From the NCBI GenBank assembly GCA_030704615.1, contig CM060732.1, positions 12,834,001-12,898,000 on the forward strand: DNA of 64,000 nt, read 5' to 3'. The notes beneath the pieces are model-generated. The model had not been told where the DNA came from, did not search any database, and saw only the letters and a program-made list of their open reading frames with translations. This document shows, one piece after another, positions 60,246 through 64,000 of this stretch (the first letter of the stretch is position 1; the number at the start of each line of letters is the position of its first letter). A program made the translations under genes and the position numbers. Source of the DNA: Takakia lepidozioides (lineage: Eukaryota; Plantae; Bryophyta).

Positions 60246-62382
60246 AAATAAACACAGTGTGAAACTAACTAGAATAAATTTAGTTATTTGTATTTAACAC
60301 TTGGAATTAGTTCAAGTATTAAGTCAGGTGTCAAGTTTAGCTTGACACCTGAACCAACTTATCTTCACGAGCTCGTCAGTCGTGCGGCTCATCTTTCTCG
60401 AGTGGAGCCTTCACGACCGAGCTCCCTCGCTACTTAGCATCTGAGTGTACTTATGGAGGGAGAATAGGATGTTGTGGGGTGGAGTCCCCATAGTTTGGGG
60501 TGCCCCTGGCTCGACTCTTATTTTAACGAGTGATCGTATTGTATTTCGTGTTTTGTGTCGACAGAGACAGTGTGAGTTTAGTTTACATATCACTTGAGAG
60601 AGATGAGCTTGTATCTGTGAGTGCAGGATATAAGTTTAGTTTTAACACTTGTGGTTTTGGTTTTGAAGCCTGTGATAGCAAGGTTGTAGAGATTACCGAC
60701 ATTCAGGTACTCCGTATAGTTAGATGGAACATTTTTAAGCGATTAAGAAGGAGCGGCGATTGTTGTACAGCCACCGCTTGGTCACAGAAGTTGTTGTCGT
60801 ATCAACTAGCATATCAGGTTCAATGCTAGCGATCTTTTGTGGTTGACCAGTGGATTACGAGCCGTTATGGCAGCAGAACTAGATATGTGTATTTGATGCT
60901 GCAAGGCGGAGCATGAACGTGGCCAAGGGTACTGGCCGTTTGGTGGATATACGCACATATTTTTCGCTATGTGGCATGTCGATGTTGCTTGCTCTGGTTG
61001 GATCAGCTGCCCTTGGAGCTATTTTTGTCATTTAATCATGACTGTAGGCACAAGGCCAAAGGTCGACGGTTGCTGCTCGGCAAGTTGGTGAAAATCTCGT
61101 AGGTATTTTGTTTTCATAAAATATTGCGAACACTGGATCACCTGGCCGGATACCCGATTGGCAGCAGACATCATAGTCATTGCATACCGGGGCTTTCATA
61201 AATTTACGTAGAAAGGGGCAGCCCGCGAGAGTGGGGATTATCGTGGGTTAAGGTGGCTGGCCGTAGCGTTGGACGATACTCCGGGTGCAAGAATTCTTTT
61301 GCTCAGATGGGTTTGGGCAAGAAGAGGAGCTGCCACGATTATTTCCCTGCAAATGGAAAAGATGAGGTTGAACTAAGCACTGCCGCTGATCCAGGTTGTG
61401 AAATAAGCTGGAAAATTGGAAGTCATCGAGCAATTCTGATCAGGATACGATTTGTGAACACGGTCCTTGCATTGCCTCAATCGTTTCTATTTTATGGGTT
61501 TCGACTTTGATATTCGCTGGTGCTAGGAGATGGGCGTTTCTCAAGTACGAGGGTGTCAAGGTGGGAGTTAACAAATCAGAAAACCTCTATAGGCAAGAGT
61601 CGTGGCATGGGTGTCCCTAGATGGAAGCCTAGTGGGCGATCACAGCTCCATGGGATTGTAGTCGTTCTGCATTTTAGCATTTTGACTGTGAGAGAGATAA
61701 TTACCTGCATCAGGGTAGTTTCAGAATGGAATGATTTATAAGCTGAAAGCCAATGAAGGCGATTGAAGATTTGAATGAGGGCACGAAGCCAGTACCTGTG
61801 GATCCTGCGTAGTTGAGATTCGTCAATCGCTGGTTCCCTTGATGTCAGGGCAAACTTGAGTGTTTGTAGCGACATGCACCATCCCTACGGTGGCAGAGAA
61901 CGGATGGGGGCCGTGGTGATGGTGGGGCTTTGTTAATCAGCTAGGGCTGTCTAGATATGATCAGATGTGGGGGCAGCTCATCGATCGTCGAAGACATGAG
62001 ATTTTGAGTGTGATAATTAGAGGCTGGCGACGAAGAAGTCAGATTTTCAGAGCCGTTGGTGTTAGCAACAGGGACAGAAACAGGCTGGATCATAGCAGGC
62101 ATTGGAGAAATGAACCTGAGAATATGGGCCCTAGAGCTACAATGGTGTTACATCTCCAGTGGGAGTTATTATCCTTAGATGTGATCTGCAGCAACGGTGG
62201 AAGTGACGGTGAAATCAGAGGAGACCGCAAACCATACCGTGACCAGGTTGTGGTGATCTCATTAATCTATGTGTTTCCCATGGTGCTATTTAAATTGGAG
62301 CTGATCAGGGTTAGTATGGACGCCTTTGTCCATTCCTAGCAGCACACGTACTGAGAACACAAATGGGTGTTACATTGTCGGG

Positions 62383-62717
62383 CTATACCCCTTTCCATTG
62401 CATTTGTACATACATCTCAAAAGCTTCCCTACCACAACCTTGCTGGGCATATCCTACAATGACCGAGCTCCATGAGACCACATCTTGTTGATTCATATTG
62501 TTGAACAGTACACGCGCTTCCTTCATGCCCCCGCATTTGGCATACACATCAGCAAGGGTATTTTTCAGATTCATATATGATGGGATTCCAGCTTTGATGA
62601 TATCAGCGTGGACCTCTTTGCCCTTTTCCAAGGCACCAAGACTGGCACACGCATTGAGAACACAAATGAACGTGATCCTGTCTGGTCTCACACCTTCCCA
62701 TTGCAATTTCTCATAGA
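62383..62717 (-). pseudogene. PLS-PPR fragment, paralog of the 43092 gene, truncated by neighbouring TE sequence
   Basis: IYEKLQWEGVRPDRITFICVLNACASLGALEKGKEVHADIIKAGIPSY...VVSWSSVIVGYAQ. Confidence 0.8.
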
Positions 62718-63230
62718 TGGCTGGGAACATGCCCCAAAGCGGTGAGTGTTTGATGGCAAGTGGCTGGCCATGTTGGAGGTTAGGAGAATCATACCAGTGC
62801 CCTTTGGGGGGTCTGTCGAGAAATTTGCCATCGTATGGTAGTGCCATTCTAATACCAACGTTTGATATGGCTGGCCACCACGTCAAGGTGAAGCTGGAAA
62901 ATGGTGGAGGGCTGTAAGAGTTCTTGATCAAAGCTATTTAGCTCTGGTTTTTTCCAGGGTTGCATTGTTGGTGCTCCTGCTTTTGTTGGGATTGGTGCGA
63001 AGGATTAAGGCTCGGCATAGCCATAGGTCTCGGCTGGAGATGACAGAATCTGCGGATAGCAGTTTGGTGGGAGCCAGGAGGCAAGAAGCTGCCAGATGGA
63101 GTGGAGGCGAAGGATCGAAGCTCGGGAGTCGGCATAGCTAGGGATCTCGGCTGGAGGAGAGCAGTATACTGGGAACCAAGAGCAAGCCTGTGGTGGTGTG
63201 CAGTTTTCTTCATCATTATTGTGGGACGAC

Positions 63231-64000
63231 ATGGAGGAGATGTATGGAGCTACCAAGGGGCCTCGTAGGTACTCTGGAGCTGTGGGCACAATCGAGCTGG
63301 ATGACTTTATCCAGGAGTTCGACAGCTGGTATGATTTGCAGCAGATGCGCAATCCACAACTGTTCACCCCATTCATGGCGTGGAAGGGACTGTTCCAGCA
63401 TTTGGAAGGCCCGCCTATGGACGATTACCACAAGTTCAGGCAAAGACATGAAGCAGAGATTGAGGAGTGGATGATGTATTGGTCACCTGACTACGTCTCC
63501 ATTACTCGAGGCACGACGCGACCACTAGTTGCATCAACACCAATATCTCTCACTTCCAGCACTAGTAGTGGAACAAGTAGTGCCGGTACTTCTGCAGAAG
63601 GTGCTACTACTCCTCCTGCCACGACTACAACACATGTGCCTAGATTCAGCCCGGTGGTGGAGTTCTTCCAGGAGTTGTGGAGGAACTACCAAGGCGTACG
63701 GACAGAGAAGCTGCAAAGTTTGCAAGACTTCCAGCACAAATCCAGTGAGAGCTTACGAGAGGCCTACACTCGTATGAGGCGCTTGATAAGTGTGACCCAA
63801 GGGGTTACTGAAGCTCAGGCAGTCCAGTTCTGATATGGAATTTTGGACAAGGAGCTCAGGAGAAAGGTGCGGGATGCAACCCTATTACAAGCGGCCCAAC
63901 CCACATTAGCAGATGTGTTTCTGCTGGCTGAGCGGATTGAGCTCAACATGGTGGAGGAGCGAGTTGTCACCATTGGATTTGGCAAGGACATGCCTGCACA
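63231..64000 (+). mobile_element. LTR retrotransposon gag-like ORF (premature stop at 63831), runs off the window
   Basis: YSG...LDDFIQEFDSW...LFQHLEG and LQDFQHKSSESLREAYTRMRRL (major-homology-region-like). The frame continues after the stop. Confidence 0.7.

Noticed and set aside
60850-62340. Possible heavily decayed minus-strand L1-like RT
   Set aside because: Only weak hints (TGFVP-like), so it cannot be supported without alignment.

Overview
Repeat-rich nuclear DNA from a non-seed land plant, most likely a moss or other bryophyte (inferred from intronless PLS-DYW PPR genes, a plastid ycf2 insertion and chromovirus LTR elements). Intact host genes are two divergent PLS-DYW PPR RNA-editing factors (36778-39705 minus, 43092-45638 plus) and a 4-exon class III peroxidase (54129-56434). 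Several PPR pseudogene fragments surround them. The left 36 kb is a nested transposon stack. A Ty3/gypsy chromovirus is interrupted by a LINE and by an 11.9-kb Mutator-like element (6146-18073, 9-bp TSD TGTGGAAAC). That element is the main candidate for an undescribed system. It carries a GCM-like/DDE/SWIM transposase, a divergently oriented multi-exon gene ending in a beta-class N4C/N6A DNA-methyltransferase-like fold, and an orphan ORF. It also carries about 35 copies of the palindrome AATTTCGGCGCCGAAATT in non-coding DNA and introns, mostly spaced about 63 bp apart. Separately, two degenerate copies of a Dualen-like LINE (RT, RNase H and RLE motifs, plus an APE remnant in copy 2) each encode a chromodomain and a PCIF1/CAPAM-like methyltransferase domain, and share a structured 3' UTR. 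All domain calls are by-eye motif recognition; no database search was run.
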